Below are positions 40,165 to 53,646 of a DNA stretch of 64,000 nucleotides, piece by piece. Origin of the DNA: Octopus sinensis. Lineage: Eukaryota. The notes beneath the pieces were generated by a model. That model was not told the origin of the DNA. It saw nothing but the letters and a program-made list of their open reading frames with translations, and did no database searches. How positions within the stretch are numbered: the first letter of the stretch is position 1; the number at the start of each line of letters is the position of its first letter. Location: NCBI RefSeq assembly GCF_006345805.1, contig NC_042999.1:161448001-161512000 (forward strand), in the 5' to 3' direction. The position numbers and the translations under genes were made by a program.

Positions 40165-41807
40165 AGCAGGTAGTTTCGTTTTACTGTTTTTAAATAAAGT
40201 TTTACTTAACAGTTCAACATCCTGTCTTGCATCTGTTGGTTTTCCTTTTTTTTTTTCCTTTTATTTTTAAACAAAGTCGCTATTTACATCATATATTCCA
40301 ATATATCTTCGAATGCCACCACCGGCGGCAACTCATCGTAACGAAACTGTACCATTGTCACATCTATCCTTTCCCCAAACAGCTCCTTCAAATTTTCTCC
40401 TCTTTCTCTTTCCAGCAGGACAGCTTTCATTCCTTCATTGTCTTCCTTGGGCGCCAATTTAATCCTAATTACGTTCTCCATGTTTGCAATCTTTATTCTA
40501 TCTCAACACTTTTTGTGTATTGTATCAAATGTCTTAGATTTTTTCCCTGTTGGTGTCACTCTCTGTTTTCTTTCACCAATCTCTTCTGTTACTGGTATTC
40601 CTATCTCTGTATGTCTCTCATTCTCTCTTTCATTTTCCTTTTTCTGCTGTACTCTTCTGCTTGTTAGATGATGGTAACGGTCTCTGCGTTCGCTCCTCAC
40701 ATTTGTTGACCTTTCATTTTTTTCTCTGCTCGTTCGTTTTTTCATGTTTTCCATTTCCTCTTCACTTGGCATTTTTTTATTCCTAGGTGGTGAGTCCGTG
40801 TTATTTTTCTTCCTCTTTACCACTGTATACTGTTCTTCCATTTTTGCTCCTCTACGGTTAAACCATCTTCTTCTTGATGTTCCTTCTCTATCTCCTCCTC
40901 TTCGTATTTCTGGAGCACTTAGCTTTTATGTGTCCCCTTACCCCACATAGATAGCATACGAGAGGTCTTCCTTCCACCACAATTCTCAACCTCGTCTCGT
41001 CCGGTAGTACCAATTCTTTTGCAATTTTGTGGAGGTCTGGTAAGCTTATATGAACCGATACCTTCACTCCATACACCCTTGAGTTCACCTCCGTAGTTCT
41101 TGTGATCTTCAATATTTGGATGTCGTCCTCTGTGTTATAGAGGAAGGCTGCCACCAGCCACGCCTCGTCAATTTCTGGGGGCACTCTACCAATCCTTACT
41201 CTGGCTGCACGTTTGCCACAGTAGGTTGGTAGTAGCACCCACTCAGTTGATCTCAAAGGCATAGTGGAGTGTTTTATCGCTTCTTCTTCACACACGAAGC
41301 GTACCTCCACTCTGCCGTATTTCTTTCCTCTGGTGTAGAATGTCTTTAGTTCTTTAACTTCTTTTAAGCATTCTTCAATCGCCTTCACAGCTGCTATTTC
41401 CACTTTTTTGTTGTGAGGGACAGCGTTCTATCTATATAATTGTTTTTCTCTGTTTTTTTTTTTCTATGACTTCCTTAGGCTGTCTTCTTTCTTTCTCAAT
41501 AATTCGTTATACTTATTGAAATTAGTTTCGTTTCGTTCAATCTCTCTAACTTGCAGTATATCTGCTGTTAGACTCTTGCCAGTTACGGCAGCGTAACTGC
41601 CTTCTGGTGCTGGTTTACCTTCCATAATATTATCCACAACTTCACCCATAAATGGAGAAGAAAAATAAATAATCCAGGCAACAATTAATCCAACAATTCA
41701 GTAATATAGTAATTCAGTAATATAACAGTTTAACAATAACAATGTAACAATCACAGAACTCACATAGAGCGAACACACATCAAACGCAGCAGGGAATCAA
41801 ATGACTC
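40165..41807 (-). mobile_element. ORF1-only Tx1/L1-derived element, copy A (5' UTR to ORF1 stop at 40284)
   Basis: 5' start GAGTCATTTGATTCCC, ATG at 41649 (MGEVVDNIMEGKPAPEGSYAAVTGK), CYLCGVRGHIKAKC, ...FEDILEYMM*. Frameshifted; no ORF2 follows. Confidence 0.75.
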
Positions 41808-41838
41808 TATGCAACACTAACGACAACGCCGAAGTCCT

Positions 41839-42519
41839 TATTTCTTTAATTAGGCACAAGGCCTCATAGAGAAGGGACAACACGAAAGACAGACAAAACA
41901 ATACATTGAGGTACATAATAACATGTAACGAATGAATTATGAATATAAATGAAAATGAAGATGAAATGACTTACTTGCCCCCCCCCCCTAAACAAGCAGT
42001 TTCATTTTACTGTTTTTAAATAAAGTGTGTACTTATCAGTCTTGTATCTTGTTAGTTTTCCTTTTGTTTAAAAATCCACACAAAGTCACACCGTATGTTT
42101 CATCGAATCGTCAAATACTGGTGGCAATTCATTTTAACGAAATCGAATTCTTGTCATCACCATCCTGTCGCCAAATATTTCCTGCAACCTTCTTGCTCTT
42201 TCTTCCTCCAACAGCACCGCTTTCTCCTCTCGATTGAACTCACTGTCAGCCACTTTTGACACTTATTACATGTTTCATTTTTGGAAATTTTCTTTTCTAT
42301 CTCTTTTACTCTTTTTACTCCTTTACTTGTTTCAGTCATATGACTGCGGCCATACTGGAGCACCGCCTTTAGTCGAGCAAATCGACCCCGGGACTTATTC
42401 TTTTGTAAGCCCAGTACTTATTCTATCGGGCTCTTTTGCCGAACCGCTAAGTGACGGGGACGTAAACACACCAGCATCGGTTGTCAAGCAAAGCTAGGGG
42501 GACAAACACAGACACACAA

Positions 42520-42570
<51 letters not shown>

Positions 42571-43150
42571 TACGACAGGCTTCTTTCAGTTTCCGTCTAC
42601 CAAATCCACTCACAAGGCATTGGTCGGCCCGAGGCAATAGCAGAAGACACTTGCCCAAGATGCCACGCAGTGGGACTGAACCCGGAACCATGTGGTTGGT
42701 AAGCAAGCTACTTACCACACAGCCACTCCTGCGCCTATCTCTACACTTTTTTTGTAACTTATCATAGTTCTTTCATAATTCCCCTTCGGTGGCTCTCTCT
42801 GCTGTTCCTCCTCTGTTGCTGGTATTGCCGTCTCTGTTTGTCCTTCCTTCTCACTTTCATGTCTCTTCTTCTGTCCTCCCTCCTCCTCACTAGTTGAAGG
42901 CAACGGTCTTTCTGTTCTTTCCTCACTTGGCTCCTCATTCCTTCTTTTCTCGTTCTTGTTCTCCTCTGCTTTTCTTTTCTTCTTCGGCCTTTTAGGTGGA
43001 GATTGCACATTACTTCTCTTTCTTTCTACTATTGTATATTTTCCCACCATTTCCTCCTCCTCCGCTGTTGTGCCCTCTTCCTGACGCTCCTTCTCCGCCT
43101 CCTCCTGTTCGTGTTTCTGGTCGCAAAGAGAAAAATTTATCTGTAGAGAA
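41839..43150 (-). mobile_element. ORF1-only element, copy C (diverged, 5'-truncated, interrupted by SINE A)
   Basis: KYTIVERKR...SPPKRPKK linker homologous to copies A and B; 3' UTR matches 37633-37860. Confidence 0.6.
42297..42737 (-). mobile_element. SINE family A, full length
   Basis: Similarity to other copies. Confidence 0.9.
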
Positions 43151-43534
43151 AAATTTATCCGTGCGTGAAAGAAAATGGAAAGGACCTACATACGTTGCTG
43201 TTAAAGGAGATTTAACATCGTTGCGCACAAAACTTGAGTCCAAGAAGTAAAGCTTCCTTCAAGTCAGAGCTAGAAATGCAATTGTCAAGTAGGTAAGCGG
43301 TTTTAAACAGGAGCGATATATTCAAAATTGGTAAAACTAAAAATTGTCAAGGATAAATTAAATTTAGTAGTGTTACTGAATATATTAGTGTTATTTAATT
43401 TCTGGACGGTTTTGCTGCCATTTGTGTATGTAGTTTGATTTCTTTATTCATCAGTTTCTACTACGATAGAGTTTCTACTACAACAGCGCCGCCATAAATT
43501 ACGAGGAAACCATGAGCGTACTTTCAAGGGGGAT

Positions 43535-43790
43535 AATCAGAGAAAGACTTGAAAGTTATCGTAAGATCGTAATACTTCTTGTAAAGTAAAGTAAAATAAC
43601 AAATAATCCAGAATCCTTGTCCGGTACAGGATCGATCCAAAAAAATAATCACTTCGTGCCAGTTATGACGCCAAACATCCCTGGAAGTTTCATCCGAATC
43701 CATCCAGCGGTTCTTGATATATCTTGTCCACGGACAAACAAACAAACTCGACTGAAAACAACACCTTCACTAAGGCGGAAGTAATAAGCA
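43535..43790. mobile_element. Possible Helentron/HINE-like non-autonomous element
   Basis: ACAAACAAAC microsatellite followed by GAAAACAACACCTTCACTAAGGCGGAAGTAATAA, an end pattern typical of such elements. Confidence 0.35.
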
Positions 43791-44016
43791 TATGCCGAAC
43801 AGTTTCCTTTGATGACGATAATCGCATATATGTATTTATATGTAATCATGTATACATATAATTATGTTCAGGGATGGCTTGCTGGCTGTTTAATATAATT
43901 TTCACTCAACCACTACATTACTTCGAGTTCCATTGGCGCAGAGCATCTCAACCTAGCTAGATGTAGGCGTCAAAGTTATGAACATTGAAAAGAGATTTTT
44001 AATGATTTTGAAGTGA

Positions 44017-44047
<31 letters not shown>

Positions 44048-44050
44048 ATA

Positions 44051-44173
44051 GGCGCAGGAATGGCTGTGTGGTAAGTGTCTTCTACTATAGCCTCGGGCTG
44101 ACTAAAGCCTTGTGAGTGGATTTCGTAGACGGAAACTGAAAGAAGCCCGTCGTATATATATATACATATACAT

Positions 44174-44210
<37 letters not shown>

Positions 44211-44344
44211 CGTATATGTTTGTGTGCCTGTGTTTATCCCCCCCAACGTCGCTTGACAACCGATGCTGGTGCGTTTACGTCCCCGTAACTTAACGGTTCG
44301 GCAAAAGAGACTGATAGAATAAGTACTAGGCTTACAAAGAATAA
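44051..44344 (+). mobile_element. SINE family A, 3'-truncated
   Basis: Similarity to other copies. Confidence 0.85.
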
Positions 44345-44639
44345 GACTAAGAGAAATTAAACTAAGAGAAGTTGTGTAGCCGTGCGATGGCAGGTCTTAC
44401 GCGAAGTGCTCTTTTGGCAAAAGGCCAAGCGAAAAGATGTGGAACCGAATTTGGGCGTTGTATTTATACATGTTGCAAAGCTGGATGAATGTCAGAGATC
44501 AAGGTGAAGTAAATCAGATTATCTATATTAAGCTGTATTTCACCCGGAAATGTTCACTTAAAAAATAGATCTTAACTGTGACACTTGACTCATAAATTTC
44601 TAAATGCAAACACACACACACACACACGCACACAGGCAC

Positions 44640-44676
<37 letters not shown>

Positions 44677-45085
44677 CACATAATCTCTTCCCTTTTTGCA
44701 CAAGGCCAACAATTTTGAGAAGAAGGAGCAATCGATTACATCGGCCCCGGTTCACGACTGGTGCTCCTTTTTTGTCAATCCCGAAAGGATGGAAGGTAAA
44801 TTCGACCTTCATGGAATTTGAACTCTGAACGTAAAGAGCCAGAAAAAAATGCCACCTTATACTTGCGCATGCGCACGAGTGTAGATTTCGTTGGACCACT
44901 GAAATCTACAAATTCTCCAAGCTATACGTTTTTTCATTCTTTCTCTGCTGTTTTTCTCGTATTCCTTTTTTTTGAAGAGCGTAGGCTTGAAACGTAAAAG
45001 ACTTTTGCATTTTGCGTCGAACTAATATACTTGCTTGTTGTTCATTCACCTGTCTTCGTCTTTTCTTTTTCTATAAATTTCAACA

Positions 45086-45133
<48 letters not shown>

Positions 45134-45200
45134 TGTATGTATGTATGTATGTATGTATGTATGTATGAATGTATGTATGTATGAACGTATGTATGTATTG

Positions 45201-45585
45201 TGGAGGCGCAATGGCCCAGTGGTTAGGGCAGCGGACTCGCGGTCATAGGATCGCGGTTTCGATTCCCAGACCGGGCGATGTGAGTGTTTATTGAGCGAAA
45301 ACACCTAAAAGTTCCACGAGGCTCCGGCAGGGGATGGTGGTGATCCCTGCTGTACTCTTTCACCACAACTTTCTCTCACTCTTACTTCCTGTTTCTGTTG
45401 TACCTGTATTTCAAAGGGCCGGCCTTGTCACTCTCTGTGTCACGCTGAATATCCCCGAGAACTACCTCAAGGGTACACGTGTCTGTGGAATGCTCAGCCA
45501 CTTACACGTTAATTTCATAAGCAGGCTGTTCCGTTGATTCGGATCAACCGGAACCCTCATCGTCGTAACCGACGGAGTGCTTCCA
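45201..45585 (+). mobile_element. tRNA-derived SINE (family C)
   Basis: A-box TGGCCCAGTGGTTAGG and B-box GGTTTCGATTCCC; embedded in (TATG)n. Confidence 0.8.
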
Positions 45586-45842
45586 TGTATGTATTATGCA
45601 TGTATGCATGTATGCATGTATGTATGTATGAATGTATGTATATATGCATGTATGTATGTATGTATGAATGTATGTATATACGTATGTATTTATGTATGTA
45701 TGCATGTATGTATGTTTGTATATATGTATGTATGTGTGCGTATGTATGTATGCGTATATATATATATGTTATGTATGTGTATATATATGTATATATATAT
45801 ATATATATAATATATATATATATCTATATATATATATATATG

Positions 45843-45899
<57 letters not shown>

Positions 45900-45928
45900 A
45901 TACATATATATATATATATACATATATA

Positions 45929-47632
45929 CACTACCGTCGGAATTAATTAGCACCCTTGATTTGCTCTTCACTCAAGGTATGTGCTGTCACCTAGTGGCCA
46001 TATCTCGAACTATTGCTTTGTTGCGAGTTCACTGTTGCGCAGAACGATGACGTAACTTTGTTTGCAGAGCGGTTTGAGAGTCTACAGCCTAATGATGTTG
46101 ACATAGCAGTGCAACAACAACTTGGAGTGCGGATGCAGACAAATCTTCCTTTGTTTAATAGATATAGGTAGCGCCTCGCAAGGACCGAAATCACACCGTA
46201 TACTAAGTTTTCTCATCGCGTAAGACGTTTTGAACAGCTCGTAGGTTAATTGATTTGTGTATTGCAAGATTTTTTTTCCTCACAAATTCTCCTACACTCT
46301 GCTTCGTGACGTCACTTCCGGTTCACAAAACTTTCTGTTATACATCAAATAAGGTGAGAAATTCTGCTTTCTTTCTTTTTTGTTTAATGAATAATAACTC
46401 ATAGTAGTTTTGTTTAGCATAACATTATTCAAATGAATAGTTTAATGAAAATAACTGGATTTTTTTCGTTCATTCCTAGATGGGCCCAAGACCTCGCATG
46501 ACCTTGGAGAGACGGTACGAGGCTCTCTCGTGGCGTGGGAAGCTGTCGGAGGCTGCAATAGCCAGAAAACTTGGTGTAGCCAGGCGCACAATTCAGTGCT
46601 TATTTAAGAAATACGAAGAAACCGGATCAGCAGCTGACAAAAAGGGTAGGGGACGGAAGAGGCTGACGACCCAGCGGGAGGACCGGATGCTGATCCGAAA
46701 GTCACTGAACAACCGAAGGGCAACGAGCCGGCAACTGGCGGAGGAGATGCAAAAGGTGACAGGGAAGCAGTTGTCTACAACCACCGTCAAGACCAGATTA
46801 CTGGAAGCTGGTCTAAAATCCTGTATGGCCGCCCGTAAGCCGCTCCTTACAGCCCAAAACCGGAAGAGGCGGCTGCTCTGGGCCCGTGCCCACAAGACAT
46901 GGACCGTGCAGCAGTGGCGGACAGTGATGTTCACTGACGAGTCGCGATTCAGTCTCGTCAGTGACAAGCCTGTCCATGTGCGACGCCGCAGGGGTGAGCG
47001 CTTCAACAAAGACTGCATTGCTCCCACCATGAAGCATGGTGGGGGTGGTCTGATGGTGTGGGGGGCGTTCAGCTACAGTGGTGTTGGGCGGCTCTATGCC
47101 GTCGAAGGCAACATCAACGCAACAAAGTACGGAATGCTGCCCTACCCTCTGCGGGATACCTCTTTGGTGGCGAGGAGTACGTGCTCCAGCAGGACAACGC
47201 GCCTCCCCACACAGCCAAGCTCACAATCGGTTTCTTCAAGGACCATGGGGTGACGGTCATGGACTGGCCTGGCCAGTCACCTGACCTGAACCCTATTGAG
47301 AACCTCTGGAGTCGATTGGGTAGGGATTTGAATGTGCAGCAATGCAGGAACCGACACGAGCTGTTTGGGGCACTTCTTGCTGCATGGAGGGCTATCCCTG
47401 CACAGTACCTGCAGGCGCTCATAGACAGCATGCCGGCCCGCGTAGCAGCTGTCATTGCTGCCAAAGGAGGAGCACAAGATAGATAATTTCACGATTATTA
47501 TTGTGGTATGCTGGGATATGTTTTAATAAATTTTTGATTAAAAACGAGTTCGTTTCTGATAATAATTTAATTAAATTAAGAAAATGTAAGAAAATGTAGA
47601 AATTTGAGAAGTGCTAATTATTTCTGAAGCAA

Positions 47633-47635
<3 letters not shown>
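45929..47635 (+). mobile_element. Tc1 (DD34E) transposon, full length, GC-rich, one frameshift
   Basis: Imperfect TIRs CACTACCGTCGGAATTAATTAGCAC / reverse complement CACTTGCTTCAGAAATAATTAGCAC with TA flanks. Motifs FTDESRF, QQDNAPPH-34-E (WPGQSPDLNPIE). Confidence 0.92.
46480..47486 (+). pseudogene. Tc1 transposase, split by a small frameshifting lesion near 47130
   Basis: ORFs 46480-47253 and 47058-47486 overlap in different frames and together give HTH plus DDE domains. Confidence 0.85.
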
Positions 47636-47690
<55 letters not shown>

Positions 47691-47691
47691 G

Positions 47692-47723
<32 letters not shown>

Positions 47724-47742
47724 AATATACATATATAATATA

Positions 47743-47857
<115 letters not shown>

Positions 47858-47920
47858 GTATATATATATAATTGAAGAAATTGGAGTCAAGAAGAAGGAG
47901 TACGGTTGGACATTTATTAT

Positions 47921-48028
47921 CATTCACTACAATTGTTTCGATGCAACGTAGTTCTCCAAGAATACAAGTATTTGATTATGCAACTATTTGTTTGCATAAT
48001 GAGATCTAGTTGTGTTTCCTCAGGCGAT
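47921..48028 (-). ncRNA. Type I hammerhead motif with a 77-nt branched helix II domain
   Basis: ATCGC-CTGAGGA-[77 nt]-GAAA-CAATTG-TA|GTGAA; palindromic helix III ACAATTGT, GUA triplet. Confidence 0.5.
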
Positions 48029-48099
48029 ATACGAGTGTTATCTCCGTTAGTTTAAAATCGTCGACTTCAAGACTATCTCCTCTGTTCGTTGTGGTTTAT

Positions 48100-48640
48100 A
48101 ATATAGGTGGTCCGATAGCAATTAAAACATAAGGGCAAGTTAATAAACAAGAGCACAAATTAGTACCGGCAATTACTAGAAATAAGAGTGAAAAATGACT
48201 CGAAAAGCCACACAAGACACTAAATTTACGAAAGGCGAGGAGGCACGCTAAAAGCACTTTCCATGGTGAGATAAACACATGCAATAAAGTAAACACAAAA
48301 TATCCTTATCACGTGATTTCGAACTCTGATCATTATAATCTTAGGCCTCATCAGGGGATCTCGCTGATACTCCGAGTTAAATGGTAGAACGCATGAGAAA
48401 AACCGTTGAAAGCTGGCGCTAATTCAAACTTGTCGAAGTGTATAGTATAAATACCATAAGATAATATATTTAGCGTGTCTCGTCGCTTTTCGTAAATTCA
48501 TAAGGTTAGTGCCTTGTTTGGCAATTCGAGTCGTTTTTCACTCTTATTTCTAGCAATTGCCGGTACTAATTTGTACCCTTATTTACTAACTTACCTTTTT
48601 GTGTTAATTGCTAACAGGCTACCTATATTAAAAAATATTT
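48100..48640. mobile_element. Fold-back element with diverged ~170-bp inverted arms enclosing a hammerhead motif (Penelope-like)
   Basis: Arm ~48103-48270 pairs with ~48470-48635 (e.g. AAATTAGTACCGGCAATTACTAGAAATAAGAGTGAAAAA / TTTTTCACTCTTATTTCTAGCAATTGCCGGTACTAATTT). Confidence 0.7.
48301..48360 (-). ncRNA. Type I hammerhead motif
   Basis: GATCCC-CTGATGA-G[25 nt]C-GAAA-TCACGTGA-TA|AGGAT; palindromic helix III ATCACGTGAT, one mismatch at the base of helix I. Confidence 0.6.
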
Positions 48641-48825
48641 AATATATTATAGTATCATACTGTATGTATATATATATATAGAGAGAGAGAGTTCACGAAA
48701 AAAAAACAAAGGACGAAGACAGGTGGTGTAGAAAACAAACAGATGTATTAGTATAACGCTGAGGAATTGAAAAAGTCTTTCACGTTTCGAGCCTACGCTC
48801 TTCCACAGAAAGAAACAAGGAGAGA

Positions 48826-48893
<68 letters not shown>

Positions 48894-48894
<1 letters not shown>

Positions 48895-49242
48895 GCGCAG
48901 GAGTGGCTGTATGGTAAGTAGCCTGCTTACCAACCATATGGTTCCAGGTTCAATCCCACTGCGTGGCACCTTGGGCTAGTGTCTTCTACTACAGCCTTGG
49001 GTGTATTTGGTAGGCGGAAACTGAAAGAAGCCTATCGTAATTATATTTATGGATGTGTGTATTTGTGTGTCCGTGTGTGTCCGCCCCACCATCACTTAAC
49101 AACTATTGTTGGTGTGTTTACGTCCCCGTAATCTAGCGGTTCGGCAAAAGTGCCGATAGAATGGTCAATTTGTTCGACTAAAGGTGGTGCTCCAGCATGG
49201 CCAGTCAAATGACTGAAACAAATAGAAGAATAAAAGAATAAA
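48894..49242 (+). mobile_element. SINE family A, diverged
   Basis: Similarity to other copies. Confidence 0.85.
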
Positions 49243-50188
49243 GCATATATATATATATATATAGATATATATTATTATATATATATATATATACAGATTT
49301 ACACACACACACACACACACAGACATACACATACGTACAACGGTGTTTGTGTATGCGTGTACTTTGTTATGGGAATTAGGTCGTTCATATTCTCATATCG
49401 CGCATATTACAAAATATGAACTGCGTAACAAAATGCGTCGAGTGGACGAATAACAGCAAATTGAACCAAAAATGTAACTAAATGAGAAAACCACAAAAGA
49501 AGATAAATTTGGGAACTGTTGGACTGCTGGATGAAGATTGGCTTGAAATATTTTGAGGCAAAAAAAGTAAAACACAAATAGAACAGAGTATGGTATAAGG
49601 TTCGGATGTAATCAAAGAATGATTTAAGAAATGTATTCCGGGTAAGTCCCTTAAGGCGGTCTTATCTAAAGAAATAAATGTCAGGCATTGGCGGATAGAG
49701 AATATAAAATGGCAGGTTTTGTATTTCCGGGTAACTGGGAAATCACAATCTACTGGCTACTAAGTTAATAGGTTGGGCGGTTGATATGCATTTATTTATG
49801 AATATCTATTTTTATGAGATGTATGTATCATGTATGTATACACACACACACACACACACACCACACACACACACACACATATATATATGTATGAATGTAT
49901 ACATGCTTATATATATATAAGCATGTATACATTCATACATACCACACACATACCTCGCTCTTTCTCTTCTCTCTCTTTTTCTACATAATATATATGTGTG
50001 TTCCCTCATGTGTATATGCATATATACATGTATGTACATATGTGTATATACATGCATACATACATGCAAACATACATAGATACACACATACACGTTTGGA
50101 TGTACGCATACGTTTATGTATATATATATGTACTTAGGTGTGTACATATATATATTATAAACACATACACACACATATATACATATAC

Positions 50189-50241
<53 letters not shown>

Positions 50242-50260
50242 CAGAGAGAGAGAGAGAGAG

Positions 50261-50311
<51 letters not shown>

Positions 50312-50800
50312 CGACAATATTTCATACTTTGAGAAAACATAAAGTTGAGAAACATGCATTTTTAATTCGATAACGTGTCAATGTGTGCGTGTGTGTGTGC
50401 ATGTGTACTTGTTTAATGTATATGTGTAAATATATATGCGCATGTAAGTGTATGTACATATTCATATATATGTACACACTTGCGTACTCATACACTCACA
50501 CACTCACACACTTACACATGCATACATTCGTCATGGCAAGTCCAGCGACTGTCATAAGTTAAAGAACATAACATCTAGATATATTTATTTATGGACATAG
50601 CTTTGCAACGAAGTCGTTTTTGGCTTCGGACTTGCAGCGCACAACTTCTAACAAGTATTTCTTATTGCCTCAGATTAACCAATTCTCTTCAGCCCGAAGA
50701 CTCATAAGACCGTTCCTTCCTGAACGAGCCGCCGCTCTGTTGCAGCGTTAAGGCTAATAATTTTGCGATTCGGTTGGCTCGTCTCTATGTGAGTGGAGTA

Positions 50801-51318
50801 CCTTAAATCCTCGAGTATAATCCGCATTTTTTTCCCAAAATTTAACGGTCAAAATCCTTAGTGTATACTATATACGAGGTTAAAAATGAAAAATATTTTC
50901 TAAGCAATGTCCGACTCTCTATTTGCTGTTCGGCAATGTTTATTCAAACACATTTTGTGATGTTGGGCGCGAAAATACTTTAAGCTAAGCCTGAAAGCAA
51001 TGAAGTCATAAGAGAACCATCCATAACTTGCAGTAAACAACATTTATTAAACATTATTATTCTTATAACTGTTATTTCTTTATTTTCTACAAACAAAATG
51101 CACAAAAAAGCTACACGTTTGCATTATGTTATATATACAATAATAATAAAGGATGTTACTGTATACATTTTACAAACCAAGGACGTTATATAGACCTCCT
51201 TGACTCAAGTTAGAGAAGGGGTGCGTATTATAACAAGGCTTAGGTTTTTCAGAGGTACAGCCCCCTAAAATCCCCTGCGTATTATAATCAAGGACGGACT
51301 ATACACGAGGATTTACGG
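50801..51318. mobile_element. Pogo/Tigger-like MITE (~515 bp)
   Basis: TIRs CC(G/T)TAAATCCTCG(A/T)GTATA with TA TSD; second copy at 56844-57346. Confidence 0.85.
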
Positions 51319-51357
51319 TATGTAAATTAATGTATGCAATGTATGATATTAACGTAT

Positions 51358-51589
51358 CAGCGGTGAGCTGGCAGAAACGTTAGCACGCCGGGCGAAATGC
51401 GTAGCCGTATTTCGTCTGTCGTTACGTTCTGAGTTCAAATTCCGCCGAGGTCGACTTTGCCTTTCATCCTTTCGGGGTCGATAAATTAAGTACCAGTTAC
51501 GCACTGGGGTCGATGTAATCGATTTAATACCTATGTTTGTCCTTGTTTGTCCCCTCTGTCTTTAGCCCCTTGTGGGCAATAAAGAAATA
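51358..51589 (+). mobile_element. SINE family B
   Basis: 13-bp TSD GATATTAACGTAT (51345-51357 and 51590-51602). Confidence 0.92.
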
Positions 51590-51968
51590 GATATTAACGT
51601 ATGTTAATTAATACTGGAAAATATTTTCCCCACCCCACCCATCCCAAAAAGAAAAAATTTCATGTAAAAGAATTTTTGTTTTTTAAATCATAAAAAATAG
51701 GCAAAAAATGTTATCTATCCCCAAACTTAAATTCATTTTACTAAGCTCGATAGATTTATTTGAGAGGCTTTTCTCATATACTAGCATACTCGTGTCGTCA
51801 AAAACGCCAACATTTGTGTTGATGATAGAGAATGCGCATCAAAAGGATGAAAGAAACCACAGATCAATGTCAGCAATCTAGCAAATATATGTACGTATTC
51901 AAAATGGAAGCACTTGAAGAGATACAGTTGTAACGTTGAAAATATTTTCATCAAATACACACACACAC

Positions 51969-52041
<73 letters not shown>

Positions 52042-52563
52042 CATCCACTTTTCCATGCTCACGTGGATCAGATAGATTTCGTACTGTGATGCTCTTCCTA
52101 TTAGCAACCCTTAGCACTTTTCAAGTAAGGTAATATGTTACCGTACCCAAACATAATTACATAGAAGATTGAAAACAAAGAACACCTTTTTCATGACGGT
52201 GACTCTCGCTTACAACTATTACCCAATGTCAAGGCTATGAGACAGTAAAACACATACACACGCATATGTACATACACACACACATAGTAAAGTTAATATG
52301 TCAACAGAATGTGGCTTTCCACTCGCAAATACTACATATTCTTTAAGCGACACACTGACGCTGATCTCGTATAGAGAAAAAAATTTGTTTTAAACCTCTG
52401 AGCGACAGATATACAATAGCAGTACCGAATAGTAAATTTTTATGCCAGCAGAATGTGACAGTCCTATAAAGGATGATGTTACTGTTGTTTTTAACCCCAG
52501 GGAAACATCTCTTCCAGCTGGCTATCAACACACAATTTTCTATCTCTAGTCTTAAATGATACT

Positions 52564-52605
52564 CACACACCTAGGTTTCTGTGTGGTCATCCGTCCTCAG
52601 TGTAA
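52564..52605 (-). ncRNA. Type I hammerhead motif homologous to 25802-25848 (GUG triplet, probably inactive)
   Basis: TTACA-CTGAGGA-CGGATGACCACACA-GAAA-CCTAGG-TG|TGTGA. Confidence 0.55.
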
Positions 52606-52619
52606 TAAAACCACGGGAT

Positions 52620-53646
52620 TTCAATGTTGGTGCTCGTATGGCAGTCGCTAGCGTAACGAAAAACAGCCGAAATGTTTGGTGTATCAAGAAGTACCCTCTC
52701 GAAAGTAATGACAGCCTTTGAGAAAGAGGGGAAAATCTCCTCGTTGAAACAAAACTCCGGAAGAAAACCAAAACTTTCAGATAGGGACCGTCGGACACTT
52801 ACGCGAATTGTTAGAAAGGATCACAAAAGTACAGCTCCCCAAATCACTGCAGAGCTTAATGACCATCTTGAGAACCCAATTTCCACAAAAACTGTTTGCC
52901 GGGAGATGTACAAAGCCGGATTTCAGGGGAGGGCTGCAATCAGAAAACCACTTACTTTCAAAAACAAACATTGCAAAACGTTTAGAGTGGAGTAAAAGCC
53001 TACAGAATTGGTCCCTAGAGCAGTGGAAGAATGTTAGTTTCTCGGACGAGTCATCCTTTACCTTATTTTCGACAACCGGTCGAGTATATGTGTGGAATCA
53101 ACCAAAAGAAGCATTTGACCCAGACTGCCTTCTTCCAACTGTTAAACATGGAGGAGGATCTGTGATGATCTTAGGGGCTGTATCTTGGAAATCCGCCGGC
53201 TCAATGGTTTCCCTTCATGGCAGAATTAATAGACAAGACTATTTAAGCATTTTATCTTATCAAATTCATCCTATGGTTACGGAACTGTTTCCGGAAGAAA
53301 ACACAATCTTTCAGGATGATAATGTACCAATTCACACAGCTAAAGTTGTTACTGAATGGCACGAGGAACATTCTAGTGAAGTTGAACATCTTATCTGGCC
53401 ACCACAGTCCCCAGATCTCAATACTATTGAACATTTGTGGTGCATTTTAGAAAAACAAGTAAGGAGTCGATATCCTCCACCATCATCACAACAAGAACTG
53501 GAGACTGTTTTGAAACAATTCAAACTTTGTACGAGTCCGTAACTCGTAGAATTCAAGCTGTAATTAGTGCCAAAGGCTGCGCTACCCCATATTAATATAA
53601 ATTTGTTTGAAATTTTAAGGGGATTTCCATTATTTTGTCCAACCAC

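Noticed and set aside
45201-45275. tRNA gene
   Set aside because: The A/B-box head continues into a SINE body and lacks a convincing acceptor stem and terminator. The same applies to the SINE A, B and D heads.
49525-49560. Hammerhead-like CTGGATGAAGATTGGCTTGAAATAT
   Set aside because: The core has an extra base and no convincing helix I; too degenerate to call.
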